Source of the DNA: Candidatus Bathyarchaeota archaeon
GTDB lineage: Archaea; Thermoproteota; Bathyarchaeia; TCS64; PIYN01
Length of the DNA stretch: 64,000 bases
Direction of reading: 5' to 3'
Assembly (NCBI GenBank): GCA_003601775.1
Contig: PIYN01000014.1
Coordinates: 10,479-74,478, forward strand
Shown here piece by piece: positions 35,151 through 45,029 of the stretch. The notes beneath the pieces were generated by a model. That model made no database searches and was not told the origin of the DNA. It saw nothing but the letters and a program-made list of their open reading frames with translations. Within the stretch, counting starts at the first letter, position 1; each line of letters opens with the position of its first letter. The position numbers and the translations under genes are program-made.

Positions 35151-37565
35151 GTGGTGAGAGTTTTCTTGTGGCCGGCTCCCTTGGGATGGGCTCTGAGTCT
35201 CGTGATGCTCCTCTTCCCAGGCATCCTCCTGACAAGGCTGCTCTTCAGAGGGGGTGATGTCGGGGCTATAGATTTCTCCCTCTCCGCCCTCGTCCTGGGG
35301 TCCGCCCTGACCGTGTTGCCCACGGCCCTTCTGGGCCCCTATCTAAGGGGCTTCCCCTCCCTCTACGCCAGGGTCCTCCTGCCGGGCATCTGGCTGGCGA
35401 CCGCCTTCCTCTTCGCCCTCGCCGTCGCCAGAAGAAGGGTTGAGGTGAGGTGGGATGAGATCAAAAGAGGGGTCAGGGCAAAGGTCTTAGGCGCCCTTAG
35501 GTTCGGCGGCCTCGAAGGACTGATATTCTTCGCGGTCCCCCTCTTCGTCTTCCTCTACTCCGCCCTGAACATCTTCGTCGTTGACGCCGTGGGGTGGACG
35601 GCCTGCAGCTACTACATACCCCTCGCCCGGATGATCTACCAGAGTGACCTCATCCCTGCCTACGACCCCTACTATAACCTCGGGGAGCCCGTGGCGAAGC
35701 CCCCCCTCCCCTCCCTCCTCTACTCAACCCTCTTCTTCCAGACCTCCAGCACGGATCACCGGGTCCTCGCCCTCATCCCCCTCCTCCTCGGCCTCGGCTC
35801 CACCCTCTGCGTCTACGCCATAGCCCGCATAGCCCTCGATAGGCGGACCTCCACCCTCTCAGCCGTCGTCTTCACCGCGACCCCCCTCTTCATGAAGTGC
35901 TTCGCCTTCTCCTATCTCTACTCCGCCGACCTCTTCGCCCTCTTCTTCTTCTCCACGGCCCTCTATACATACCATCTCTCCCAGAGGAAGGGAGACCACA
36001 GGATGGCGGTCGTCTCCGGACTCTCCTCCTCCCTGGCCATCCTCTCCCGTTCCTACTGCCTCTACGTCCTCCTCCTAACCCTCCTCCTCATTCACGCCAT
36101 CCTCTCGGGGGAGAGGAGACAACAGGCGATCTTGGTGGGTTTTATCGCCCTCTCAGTAGGCGTCTCGGGTCTCCTCATCGGGGGTGGGGGACTCCCCCTC
36201 TTGGCCCTCGGCGTCCTCGTGATGGCGGGGGTGCTCCTCATCAACCGGGATGCGGCCATGGATGAGGGCGCCGGGGGTAAGAGGCTTCGATCGTTGCTCA
36301 TCGTCCTCGCGTTGGCCTCCCTCAGCCTCCCCTGGTATCTCCGCAACTTCCTCCTCTTCGGCGACCCCGTCTACCCTAACCTCGGACCAATCTTCCACAC
36401 GAGCCCCCTCTCAGACGACTTCGTGGGGGACCTCTTCCATGAGATCTCCAAGGTCTACTGGAGGCCAGCTGGGGAGTCCTCCCACGTCGGGAGCCTCCTG
36501 AATACCGCCCTGGTCCCGCTCCTCTCCTTCGACTTCGGGATCTTCCTCTTCCTCTTCAAGGTCTCCGGCCTCCTCTCCCTCATCCGAGGGAGGAGCCCCC
36601 TAAACACTCTCCTCTCCCCCTGGGCCGCCGTGTCCTACGTCACATGGCTCCTCCTCTTCAACTACTCGACGAACTACCTCATCCAAGTTCTACCCCTCCT
36701 CTCCATCCTCTGCGCCGTCGGGATGATGAAGATCTACGGCAGACTGGAGGATTTCGTCGGCCACCTCTTGGGGGAGGACAGGGAGCCCAGGGTCTTCGTC
36801 TTGACCACTGTCTTCTCCCTCTTCGGATACTACCTCCTCTACTACCTGGACCTCTGGGGTCTGCTACCCCAGGCCCTCTCATCCCTCTATGTAAGGGCCC
36901 TCTACCTCAGCCTCCCCCTCTTAGAGGGCCTCGCCCTCTCCCTCCTCCCCCTCCTCATCCTCCCCCCCGCCCTCCTCTCCTCCATAGTCAAGGGGATTTG
37001 GGGGCACCATCTCCACCTGGGGATCGATGAGAGAAAGAGGACCCTGGCCTCGGCGGCCCTCCTGGGAGGACTCCTCATCACCTTCAGCCTCTACATAGCG
37101 CCCAGGGGGATAGTCGGGGTCTTCAAGGAGGCGGCTATTGGGGGAGTCTTCTCCTGGGAGGAGGCCCAGGGGCTGGGTGCCTTCATCGAACGCGAGGTCC
37201 CTCCGGGGGAGGTCGTCGTCTCCCTCACTCCCGAGCCGATGAGGCTGCTCATGGATCACGAGGTCCTCTACCTCTTCACCCCTGGAGGGCTATACGGCCT
37301 CAAGGACCTCCTCTTGACCCAAGACGAGGAGACGATCGTGAAGACTCTGAGGGAGAGGGGTATCACCTACTTCATCGTCCCAGAGCCCACCCAGGGAGGC
37401 GACACGGGTATAACGACCTATAAGGCCCTGAAACAGGAGATGATCTACAAGGCCTACCTTTTCCTCACCCAGAGGTTCAAGATCTTCAACCTCCTCCAGC
37501 GGGAGGGGGGTCCCTTCAGGGAGGTCTTCTCAAACGGGTCCTACGCTGTATACCACCTCTCGTAG
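35151..37565 (+). CDS. large polytopic membrane protein, GT-C-fold glycosyltransferase candidate (ArnT/PMT-like), no AglB WWDYG motif
   Basis: 804 aa; more than 12 hydrophobic segments in the N-terminal about 550 aa, then a soluble C-terminal domain; first gene of the GT cluster. Confidence 0.55.
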   Translation: MVRVFLWPAPLGWALSLVMLLFPGILLTRLLFRGGDVGAIDFSLSALVLGSALTVLPTALLGPYLRGFPSLYARVLLPGIWLATAFLFALAVARRRVEVRWDEIKRGVRAKVLGALRFGGLEGLIFFAVPLFVFLYSALNIFVVDAVGWTACSYYIPLARMIYQSDLIPAYDPYYNLGEPVAKPPLPSLLYSTLFFQTSSTDHRVLALIPLLLGLGSTLCVYAIARIALDRRTSTLSAVVFTATPLFMKCFAFSYLYSADLFALFFFSTALYTYHLSQRKGDHRMAVVSGLSSSLAILSRSYCLYVLLLTLLLIHAILSGERRQQAILVGFIALSVGVSGLLIGGGGLPLLALGVLVMAGVLLINRDAAMDEGAGGKRLRSLLIVLALASLSLPWYLRNFLLFGDPVYPNLGPIFHTSPLSDDFVGDLFHEISKVYWRPAGESSHVGSLLNTALVPLLSFDFGIFLFLFKVSGLLSLIRGRSPLNTLLSPWAAVSYVTWLLLFNYSTNYLIQVLPLLSILCAVGMMKIYGRLEDFVGHLLGEDREPRVFVLTTVFSLFGYYLLYYLDLWGLLPQALSSLYVRALYLSLPLLEGLALSLLPLLILPPALLSSIVKGIWGHHLHLGIDERKRTLASAALLGGLLITFSLYIAPRGIVGVFKEAAIGGVFSWEEAQGLGAFIEREVPPGEVVVSLTPEPMRLLMDHEVLYLFTPGGLYGLKDLLLTQDEETIVKTLRERGITYFIVPEPTQGGDTGITTYKALKQEMIYKAYLFLTQRFKIFNLLQREGGPFREVFSNGSYAVYHLS

Positions 37566-37645
37566 GTGTCAAGGCTGGAGGGGGTTTAATTATTAAGGAA
37601 TTGAACTCCTTTAAAGAAGGGTTGTAGGGTCCTGAGGGTGCTGGG

Positions 37646-38734
37646 TTGAAGATCGTCTATGTGACGCCGAGGTATCGCCCCTACCGCGGCGGTATCGAGA
37701 GGGCCGTGGAGGAGGTCGCCGTGAGGCTCTCAGCCAGGGGATACAAGGTCCTCGTCGTCACCACGGACCCCTCGGGGCGACTGCCGAGGCGGGAGGTCCT
37801 GGAGGGCGTGGAGGTGAGGCGCCTCCGCGCCCCCAGCGACTCCTATTACCTCTCGCTCGGCCTCTACAGGGAGTTGGAGAGAAGTGGGGGCGATATCCTC
37901 CACGCCCACAGCTTCCATGCCCTCCCCTCCCTCGTAGCGGCACGGGCGAAGGGGAGCAGGAGACTCGTGGTCTCCCCCCACTACCACGGCCACGCCCACA
38001 CACCCTTCAGGGAGACACTCTTCCAGGTCTACAAGAGGACCGCCCTCAAGACCATCGTCTCAGCCTCCGACAGGATCCTCTGCGTCTCAGAGTATGAGCG
38101 CATGCTGGTCCAGAGGGACTTCCCAGAATCCGCCCCCAAGACTCTCGTCATACCCAATGGCATAAACATGGAGAGGCTGAGAGGGGTCAAGTGGCACCCA
38201 AGAGCTGATGGACTGAAGATCCTCTACGTCGGCCGGATCGAGGCCTACAAGAACCTGGACAAGGCGATAGAGGCGGTCAGGGTGCTCAGGGAGAGGGGAT
38301 GGGACGTGAGACTGACCATCGTGGGCCGAGGACCCCACAAGCCTCAGCTGAGGAGGATGGCTGAGAGGATCGGGGTGGACGAACTAATAGAGTGGAAGGA
38401 GGATCTGACGGAGGAGGAACTCTACGAGGAGTACTCCTCCTCCAAGGTCTTCCTCCTCCTCTCCACGGACGAGGCCTTCGGGATCGCAGCGGTGGAGGCC
38501 ATGACCATCGGCCTCCCAACAGTCCTCGCGAGGGCCGCGGCCCTATCCACCTACGTCGAGGAGGGCCTCGCCCTTGGCGTCGACCCTCCCTTCGACCCAG
38601 AGGCCGTGGCCGACAGGATCCTCGAGGCCTCCTCGGGTTGGACGCCAGACAAGCGGCGTATCCAACACCGCTTCCTCTCATGGGATGAGGTGGTGGATCG
38701 GTTGGAGGAGGTCTACCAAACCCTGAGGGGATGA
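37646..38734 (+). CDS. GT4 family glycosyltransferase (GT-B fold)
   Basis: 362 aa; N-terminal MKIVYVTPRY...GGIERAV, C-terminal E-x7-E region FGIAAVEAMTIGLPTV. Confidence 0.8.
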   Translation: MKIVYVTPRYRPYRGGIERAVEEVAVRLSARGYKVLVVTTDPSGRLPRREVLEGVEVRRLRAPSDSYYLSLGLYRELERSGGDILHAHSFHALPSLVAARAKGSRRLVVSPHYHGHAHTPFRETLFQVYKRTALKTIVSASDRILCVSEYERMLVQRDFPESAPKTLVIPNGINMERLRGVKWHPRADGLKILYVGRIEAYKNLDKAIEAVRVLRERGWDVRLTIVGRGPHKPQLRRMAERIGVDELIEWKEDLTEEELYEEYSSSKVFLLLSTDEAFGIAAVEAMTIGLPTVLARAAALSTYVEEGLALGVDPPFDPEAVADRILEASSGWTPDKRRIQHRFLSWDEVVDRLEEVYQTLRG

Positions 38735-38740
38735 CCCGCC

Positions 38741-40684
38741 TTGTCTCCCCTAACCCCCCTTGAGGCCCTGTACTTCTCCCTCCTCTTCTTCCTCTCCCTC
38801 CTCTCCCTCGGCCGAGCCCTGAGGATCCTCGTCCGTGGACTCCTTGGAGGGGGGTCCCTGGGAGATCATGGGTTCCTCGATTCCCTGGGGATCGATCTCT
38901 CCCTCGGGACAGCCCTCATACCCCTCCTCACCCTCCTCCTCACCTCCCTCGGCCACCTGCTGAACAGGACCTCAGTCTATCTGCTCCTCCTCTCCTCCCT
39001 CGCCCTGGTGCTGCTCCACACCCTTCGAGAGAGGGGGGGAGGAGATGGACTCCGCGGCCTCTCCAGAGAGCTCCCCCTCCTCTCTATCCTTGTCCTCTCC
39101 CTCCTCCTCAGGCTCATCCCCTCCCTCGGCCTCTACGTCCACGGCGGCGATGACCCGAAGCTCTACTCCCTCCTCACGCTCAGGATCCTGGAGGAGGGGG
39201 GGTACACCCAGTCCTGGGGGCGCTACACCCTCCCCGGGTGGAACATCGTGAGGGATTCCCACCTCTTCATGGAGGGCTTCGAGGCCCTCGCAGCCTTCTT
39301 CCACCTCCTCACGGGTGTGGCGGTCCCGAAGGTCGTCCTCCTCACCACGATGCTCTACAGCGGCCTCACGCCCCTCTCCCTCTACGTCCTCGCCAAGAAG
39401 CTATATAGGGCGGGGCGGACGGCGGCCTTCTCCTCCCTCCTCATCGGCGTCGTCTCCCCGACCCCCCTCCTCTTCGCCGAGTGGGGTGGACATGGGGAGA
39501 TCGTCGCAGCCTACTTCCTCCTCCCCGCAACTCTCTCCCTGATGCTGAACATCCTCAGAGGTGGGCGGGGCCGTGAGGACCCGGTGCTCGCTTCCGTCCT
39601 GATGGCCGGGATGCTCCTCACCCAGGTCCTCTCAGTCGTTTACCTCCTGGCCTTCCTCCTCCCCATCCTCCTCAGGGTTCTCTTGAGACGTGATGTAAGG
39701 AGCCTGGGCATCTGCCTCCTGCCCCTCGCAGCCTCCATCCTCCTCGTCTCCCCCCTCTACGTCCCAGCCCTCCTCGAGTCCCTGGGCTCAACTGAGGTAC
39801 TCCCGCCCGGCATCTTCGGCTGGGGGGCCGCCGAGGAGTACACCTTCCTCAAGAGGTACGACCTCCCACACTCCCTCTTGGACCTCCCCCTCCTCTGCGC
39901 CCACCTCTGGAGCCCCACCATCACCCTTCTGGGACTATTGGGCCTCCTCTCCTCGTGGAGAAGGAACAGGGCCCAAGGGTTCTACCTCGCTTCTTGGTGT
40001 TTCCTCCTCTTCCTCATCAACGAGAACAACCCCTTCGGCCTCTACCACATCAAGTTCCCCCTCTGGAACCTCCTCTTCCCGGAGCGCTTCGCCCTCGCCA
40101 TGGTTCTCCCCCTTACCCTCCTGGGAGGCCTCGGCCTCAATAGACTCCAAGAGGCCCTATCGGGTTTCAAGCCCCGCTGGAGGAGTCTCTCCCTCGTGGT
40201 GGTCCTCCTGCTCCTCCTCCCCGATGCTGCGTATCGATGCGTCCAGATGAGCCGTGTCCCCCTGAGGGCCTCGCCCGTGACGGGGGAGGATATGGAAGCA
40301 TTCCTCTGGATAGGAAATCACACGCCGGAGGACGCCCTCTTCTTCGTCTCAGATGCCGATGCAGGGCAGTGGATCCCCGTCTTCACGGGGAGGAGGGTCT
40401 TCCCCTTGGAGACGGTCATGAATAACCCGGAGATGGTGATCCTGGGGCGGAACCTGACCCGGCTGTCTCTCCAGACCCCCTCCGACCCGAGGATCTATGA
40501 CCTCCTGAGGGAGAACGGCATCGACTACATATACATCGGCGCAAAGGCCATACTCGACAAGGAGAAGTTCAACGAGACCCACGTCCAAGCCCTCCTGGAT
40601 ACCGGTAGGTTCCGGGTCGTCTACCCGGAGGGGGATCACCCCACCCCCTCACCCGTAACGATTTTAGAGGTCTCATCCCCTTGA
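38741..40684 (+). CDS. second large polytopic membrane protein, GT-C-fold glycosyltransferase candidate
   Basis: 647 aa; multiple TM segments with a GGDDP acidic loop motif after TM1 (...LYVHGGDDPKLYSLL...) and a C-terminal soluble domain; lacks the AglB WWDYG motif. Confidence 0.5.
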   Translation: MSPLTPLEALYFSLLFFLSLLSLGRALRILVRGLLGGGSLGDHGFLDSLGIDLSLGTALIPLLTLLLTSLGHLLNRTSVYLLLLSSLALVLLHTLRERGGGDGLRGLSRELPLLSILVLSLLLRLIPSLGLYVHGGDDPKLYSLLTLRILEEGGYTQSWGRYTLPGWNIVRDSHLFMEGFEALAAFFHLLTGVAVPKVVLLTTMLYSGLTPLSLYVLAKKLYRAGRTAAFSSLLIGVVSPTPLLFAEWGGHGEIVAAYFLLPATLSLMLNILRGGRGREDPVLASVLMAGMLLTQVLSVVYLLAFLLPILLRVLLRRDVRSLGICLLPLAASILLVSPLYVPALLESLGSTEVLPPGIFGWGAAEEYTFLKRYDLPHSLLDLPLLCAHLWSPTITLLGLLGLLSSWRRNRAQGFYLASWCFLLFLINENNPFGLYHIKFPLWNLLFPERFALAMVLPLTLLGGLGLNRLQEALSGFKPRWRSLSLVVVLLLLLPDAAYRCVQMSRVPLRASPVTGEDMEAFLWIGNHTPEDALFFVSDADAGQWIPVFTGRRVFPLETVMNNPEMVILGRNLTRLSLQTPSDPRIYDLLRENGIDYIYIGAKAILDKEKFNETHVQALLDTGRFRVVYPEGDHPTPSPVTILEVSSP

Positions 40685-40696
40685 GTTCCTTGAAAG

Positions 40697-41845
40697 TTGG
40701 TCGCCTTGAGGATCGCCCAAGTCGTCCCCTACTGCTCAGCCGCCTTCGGTGGAGGGTACGAATACGAACTCTCGAGGGCCCTCGTGAAGCTGGGTCACGA
40801 GGTCACAATCTTCACCTCAGACAGGACGCCCTACAGATATAGGTTGAGTGTCGACGAGGAGGAAGCTCACCACAAAGTCCGCATCCGGAGGTTCAGGGCC
40901 CTCCTCGACCTGAGGGAGCTCCCGGTCCCTCCATCCATGCTCCCGGGGCTCCTCGATGAGGACCTCGACGTTATACAGACGAGCGAGCCCTTCCAGCTCT
41001 GCTCCCTCTACGCCGCCCTCGCCTCGAGGAGCCGGGGAGTACCCTTGGTGGTGAGCCAGCATCTGTATTATAAGCCCTGGGACCCCCTCAAGAGGCTCGG
41101 CCTACGCCTCTCCGAGGCCCTCTACGGACGCTTTGTGCTGAGCACCGCCAAGCGGATCATCGCCATCTCCACGGCGGCGAGGTCCTACTTGAAGGAGAAG
41201 GGCGTGGAGGAGGGGAAGATCGAGGTCATCCCCATCGGGGTGGACGCCGACAGGTTCACCCCCACGGCCGAACCCTATGGGCCGTTGATGGAGGAGGCCG
41301 AGGGGAGGAAGGTGATCCTCTTCGTGGGGCGCCTCACAGGGTACAAGGGGGTTAAATACCTCCTCCAAGCCTTCAGCCGCCTGCTGAAGGAGTACAGGGA
41401 GGTGGTCCTCTGCATCAGGGGGGACGGCCCCGAGAGGCCCTATCTCCTCCAACTTGAATCAAAGCTGGATCTGAGGGAGAGGATCCTCTGGCTCGGTTAC
41501 GTGGCGAACAGGGATATGCCCTCCCTATACACCTCGTCAAACCTCTTCGTCCTCCCATCCCTCATCGAGCCCTTCGGCATCTCCGCCCTGGAGGCCATGG
41601 CCTCCGGGAGGCCCGTGGTCGCCACCCGGGTGGGGGGGCTGGCAGACCTGGTGGAGGAGGGCGTGAACGGTTACCTGGTCCCCCCATGCTCCATCGAGGG
41701 GCTGGAGGAGGCGATGCTGAGGATACTGGAGGACGAGGGGCTGGAGAGGAGGCTCGGCAGGGAGGGGAGGAGGAGGGCGGAGAGGTACTTCAGCTGGGAC
41801 GTCGTGGCCCGGCGAATACTATCCCTCTACGGGGAACTCCTCTGA
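40697..41845 (+). CDS. GT4 family glycosyltransferase (GT-B fold)
   Basis: 382 aa; FVGRLTGYKGVKYLL and E-x7-E motif EPFGISALEAMASGRPVV. Confidence 0.8.
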   Translation: MVALRIAQVVPYCSAAFGGGYEYELSRALVKLGHEVTIFTSDRTPYRYRLSVDEEEAHHKVRIRRFRALLDLRELPVPPSMLPGLLDEDLDVIQTSEPFQLCSLYAALASRSRGVPLVVSQHLYYKPWDPLKRLGLRLSEALYGRFVLSTAKRIIAISTAARSYLKEKGVEEGKIEVIPIGVDADRFTPTAEPYGPLMEEAEGRKVILFVGRLTGYKGVKYLLQAFSRLLKEYREVVLCIRGDGPERPYLLQLESKLDLRERILWLGYVANRDMPSLYTSSNLFVLPSLIEPFGISALEAMASGRPVVATRVGGLADLVEEGVNGYLVPPCSIEGLEEAMLRILEDEGLERRLGREGRRRAERYFSWDVVARRILSLYGELL

Positions 41846-41908
41846 GACCATGTATATGAATCCTTCATCACCAAAGAATATAAGTAACATAAAGTAAAAC
41901 TCTCTAAG

Positions 41909-42658
41909 TTGGGGGCCATGACGGAAGAAGAAGACGGCGATCTGCTAATTCTAATACCTGCCTATGATGAGCCCGAGGGACTAAAGATGGTCCTGGGAGA
42001 GATCATGGAGAACATCGACCCACATATCCTCGTGGTGAGCCGCCCCCCAGGCCATGTCCAAGGGAAGATCGCCGAGGGCTTCGGGGCCGTAGTCTTCGAC
42101 CAGTGGAGCAGGGGGAAGGGGGCGGCCCTGAAGGAGGCCTTGGACTATATCGAGAAGAACCATTATTCCCCCAAGTACGTAGCCCTGATAGACGCGGATT
42201 ACACCTACCCCGTGAGGTACATCGACGAGATGGTGGAGATCCTGAGGAAGAACCCCAAGGTGGGGATGGTCACGGGGAACCGCTTCCCCACCTGGATCAA
42301 GGGCTTCAGGGACACCCTCAAGGCCCTCCTAAACCCCTATTACATTGGGAATAGGATCCTCTCAGTGCTCCATAGGTTTCTTAACGGCGTGCGTATGAAG
42401 GATCCCTTCACCGGCCTCCGGACCATTAGATATGATCTGATCAGGGGCTGGAGGCCGAGGTCGAGAAGCTTTGATATCGAATGCGAACTCAACGATCTCA
42501 TATTGAATGAGAGAAGGTATGAGGTCGTTGAGATACCTATAGAGTACAGGGAGAGGGTTGGAAAGAAGAAGCTCGGGTTGAGGCATGGCTTTATCATCCT
42601 CCTCAGGATCTGCGCCCTGGCCCTGGATCGTCTCTTAGGGAAGAGGACTCGGAGATAG
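41909..42658 (+). CDS. GT2 family glycosyltransferase (dolichyl-phosphate sugar synthase-like, GT-A fold)
   Basis: 249 aa; LILIPAYDE...IDADYTYP (DxD) pattern of DPM1/DPG-synthase-like enzymes. Confidence 0.7.
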   Translation: MGAMTEEEDGDLLILIPAYDEPEGLKMVLGEIMENIDPHILVVSRPPGHVQGKIAEGFGAVVFDQWSRGKGAALKEALDYIEKNHYSPKYVALIDADYTYPVRYIDEMVEILRKNPKVGMVTGNRFPTWIKGFRDTLKALLNPYYIGNRILSVLHRFLNGVRMKDPFTGLRTIRYDLIRGWRPRSRSFDIECELNDLILNERRYEVVEIPIEYRERVGKKKLGLRHGFIILLRICALALDRLLGKRTRR

Positions 42659-42660
42659 GG

Positions 42661-43410
42661 ATGGATCTCTTCTTCCTCGTCCTCGCGAGGGACGGGCGGG
42701 GGGTTGAGGAGAAGATCGAGGAACTCAACGCCCTGGGCGTCCCCTATATCATTGTCTGTGGGGAGCGGCTCTCCACCCCGAATACGGTGTATCGAAAGCC
42801 TCTGGGCAAGTATGATGCGATAAACTTCGGCGCCCGGCTCATCGGGGAGGCGGAGATCATCTGCCTGAACGACGTGGACACGAAGATCCACAACTTCTCG
42901 GAGGCCTTAAAGCCCCTTCAGGATGAGGAGGTCGGATTGGTCTATTGCAGAGTGGTCGTGGAGGGGGGGCCGCAGCCGAGGTTCTACCGTCTCCTCGACG
43001 CCATAAGGTCGAGGGTCCCAGTAGCGGCGAGCGGGGAGCTGATGGTCCTCCGCAGGGAGCTCTTTGAGAGGTTGATCCCCCTCAAGCCCTGCAGGGCTGA
43101 GGATACCTATATCCTCTTCAAGACCCTCGAGCTGGGCTACAGGGCGGTCTTCTGCAGGGATTGCTGGGTGACGACGACCCGCACCGAGACCCTGGAGGAG
43201 GAGGTCGCCTATAAGCGGAGGACGGTGGGGGGGATCTACCAGGCCCTCTCCTACACTCGACCCCCTCCCTTGGTCAGGGTCTTCTACCTCCTCCTACCCC
43301 TCGCCGCCCCCCTGCTCCTCGCCCTGGGGAGGGTCGGGTACTACTGGACGAGAGGCATAATAGAGGGGGCGGCCTCCCTCCTCAGGAAGGAGGAGAGGGG
43401 GCGTTTCTGA
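42661..43410 (+). CDS. GT-A-like glycosyltransferase with C-terminal membrane anchor
   Basis: 249 aa; IICLNDVDTK (DxD-like) and a hydrophobic C-terminal segment LLLPLAAPLLLAL; start codon overlaps the preceding gene stop. Confidence 0.5.
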   Translation: MDLFFLVLARDGRGVEEKIEELNALGVPYIIVCGERLSTPNTVYRKPLGKYDAINFGARLIGEAEIICLNDVDTKIHNFSEALKPLQDEEVGLVYCRVVVEGGPQPRFYRLLDAIRSRVPVAASGELMVLRRELFERLIPLKPCRAEDTYILFKTLELGYRAVFCRDCWVTTTRTETLEEEVAYKRRTVGGIYQALSYTRPPPLVRVFYLLLPLAAPLLLALGRVGYYWTRGIIEGAASLLRKEERGRF

Positions 43411-43459
43411 CGATAAGGATATTAGGGATCGGACGTTAGCATCATGGGGATGAAGGGTT

Positions 43460-43639
43460 ATGTGCGAGTTTAAGGTCTTCTTGGAGGGTAAGGAGATCTT
43501 CAGGGATGTCATCTACGCCAAGATGGTGGGCGAGGACTTGGTCTTGAGGGACGTGATGGGGGAGGTCCGGAGGTTCCCGAACTCGAGGATCGCTGAGATG
43601 GACGTAGCCTCTGCGAGACTCGTCATCGAGAGGGGTTGA
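43460..43639 (+). CDS. CooT-like small nickel-binding protein candidate (59 aa, begins MC)
   Basis: ORF below the 60-aa track cutoff, found by translating the gap after the GT cluster: MCEFKVFLEGKEIFRDVIYAKMVGEDLVLRDVMGEVRRFPNSRIAEMDVASARLVIERG. The N-terminal Met-Cys and the length match the CooT family. Confidence 0.4.
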   Translation: MCEFKVFLEGKEIFRDVIYAKMVGEDLVLRDVMGEVRRFPNSRIAEMDVASARLVIERG

Positions 43640-44132
43640 GTCCCTATCCTCTCAGGAGTTAGGCGATTTGGGGCGTAAAACCCTCCTTGAAGAGTGGAAG
43701 ATCGAGGAGACGATCAAGAGGTTGCAGAAGGAGACCTTCACGTCCTCGATTTCATAGAGGCGTTCCGGGAACTCTATCCATCTGATTGGCGAAAGCTGGT
43801 CGAGAGATTTGGCTTTTACGGCGAGAGACGGAGATACACTGTGAGTACCTATCTCCAACAGGCTCGATATTTATTCGCATAAGCCCTACTCCCTCCTACT
43901 CTCCTTCACGAGATGGAAGGAAAGGAGGGGGAAGAGACTATAGGAGGACCACTAAGGAGAAGAGGAGGCTCTTCGGGAGCCCCTGGATAGCAGTGTATCG
44001 GAAGAGGCCTCAGCACTGAGGAGTAAAGCCGATAACCATAGCCCGCGGAGATGAAAATTGGGGATTCTTTGATCAGAAACCCGTTGGTAGTTGCCATGGC
44101 GGTCAGTCTTGGAAACTTCATATAGGGGTTGA

Positions 44133-44924
44133 ATGGAGAATTCTCCGGTGGTAGAGATGTTTGTGGAGACCCATGGACACCTGGTGGGGGTCAGAGGGGA
44201 GCGTGACCTCGATGCGGTGGTCAGAAGGGCTGAGGAGGCGGGCGTCGTCCTCATCCTCACGGCCGGGATAGACCTCCCCTCCTCCGTAAAGGCGGTTGAG
44301 GTCGCCAAGAGATATGAGACGGTGAAGGCCTGCGTGGGGATACACCCCTGGTACGCGGACGAGTACGATGAGGAGGCGGAGAGGAGGCTGAGGGAGCTGG
44401 CCGGGGAGAGGGAGGTCGTCGCCATAAGCGAGATCGGCCTCGACTTCTTTGGGAGGATGACCCACAGCTGGAGTTTCACCTCAGAGTACATAGAGGAGGA
44501 GGTCCAGTATAGGACCCTCCGGGGGCAGTTGGGGCTCGCGAGGGAGCGTGGGCTCCCCGTCATCGTCCATGACCGGGCGAAGGGGTTCGAGACGCTGGAG
44601 ATCTTGGAGGAAGAGGGCGTCTCTGAGATCGGGGGAGCCATCCACGGCTTCTCCAGGGACCTCGACTACGCAAGGAGGTGCATCGACCTCGGTGTCTACC
44701 TCTCCGTATCCGACCGGGCGCTATCCAGGCCGGAGAACGAGGGCTTGAGGGAGGCCGTGAAGGAGATCCCCTTGGAGTGGCTGCTGACGGAGACGGATAC
44801 GGGGAACCCGGAAGGGGTCGTGAAGGCGGCCGAGAGGATAGCCGAGCTGAAGGGGTTGACCACGGAGGAGGTCGGGGAGGCGACCACCTCCAACTTGAGG
44901 AGGCTCCTCAAGATCCCGGACTAA
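44133..44924 (+). CDS. tatD: TatD family metal-dependent hydrolase/DNase
   Basis: 263 aa; N-terminal VETHGHL metal-binding motif and the TatD TIM-barrel pattern (ISEIGLDF, VHDRA). Confidence 0.8.
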   Translation: MENSPVVEMFVETHGHLVGVRGERDLDAVVRRAEEAGVVLILTAGIDLPSSVKAVEVAKRYETVKACVGIHPWYADEYDEEAERRLRELAGEREVVAISEIGLDFFGRMTHSWSFTSEYIEEEVQYRTLRGQLGLARERGLPVIVHDRAKGFETLEILEEEGVSEIGGAIHGFSRDLDYARRCIDLGVYLSVSDRALSRPENEGLREAVKEIPLEWLLTETDTGNPEGVVKAAERIAELKGLTTEEVGEATTSNLRRLLKIPD

Positions 44925-45029
44925 CCTCCATCTTTTTCCTCAGGGTTGAGATGCCTCACGGCGCCTCGATGCAAGCCTATTTAAGGCGTCCCGTCACAGA
45001 AGTCTTGAGGATTAGAGGGGAGAGCTGAG

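Noticed and set aside
37730-38003. Short antisense ORFs inside the GT4 gene, and many similar 60-120 aa ORFs throughout
   Set aside because: All overlap strongly supported genes on the other strand or frame and have Arg/Gly/Pro-rich composition expected from GC-rich antisense frames.
43906-44641. Minus-strand ORFs 43906..44121 and 43952..44641 in and around the gene-poor stretch
   Set aside because: Ser/Pro-rich low-complexity translations overlapping tatD or non-coding sequence; not credible.
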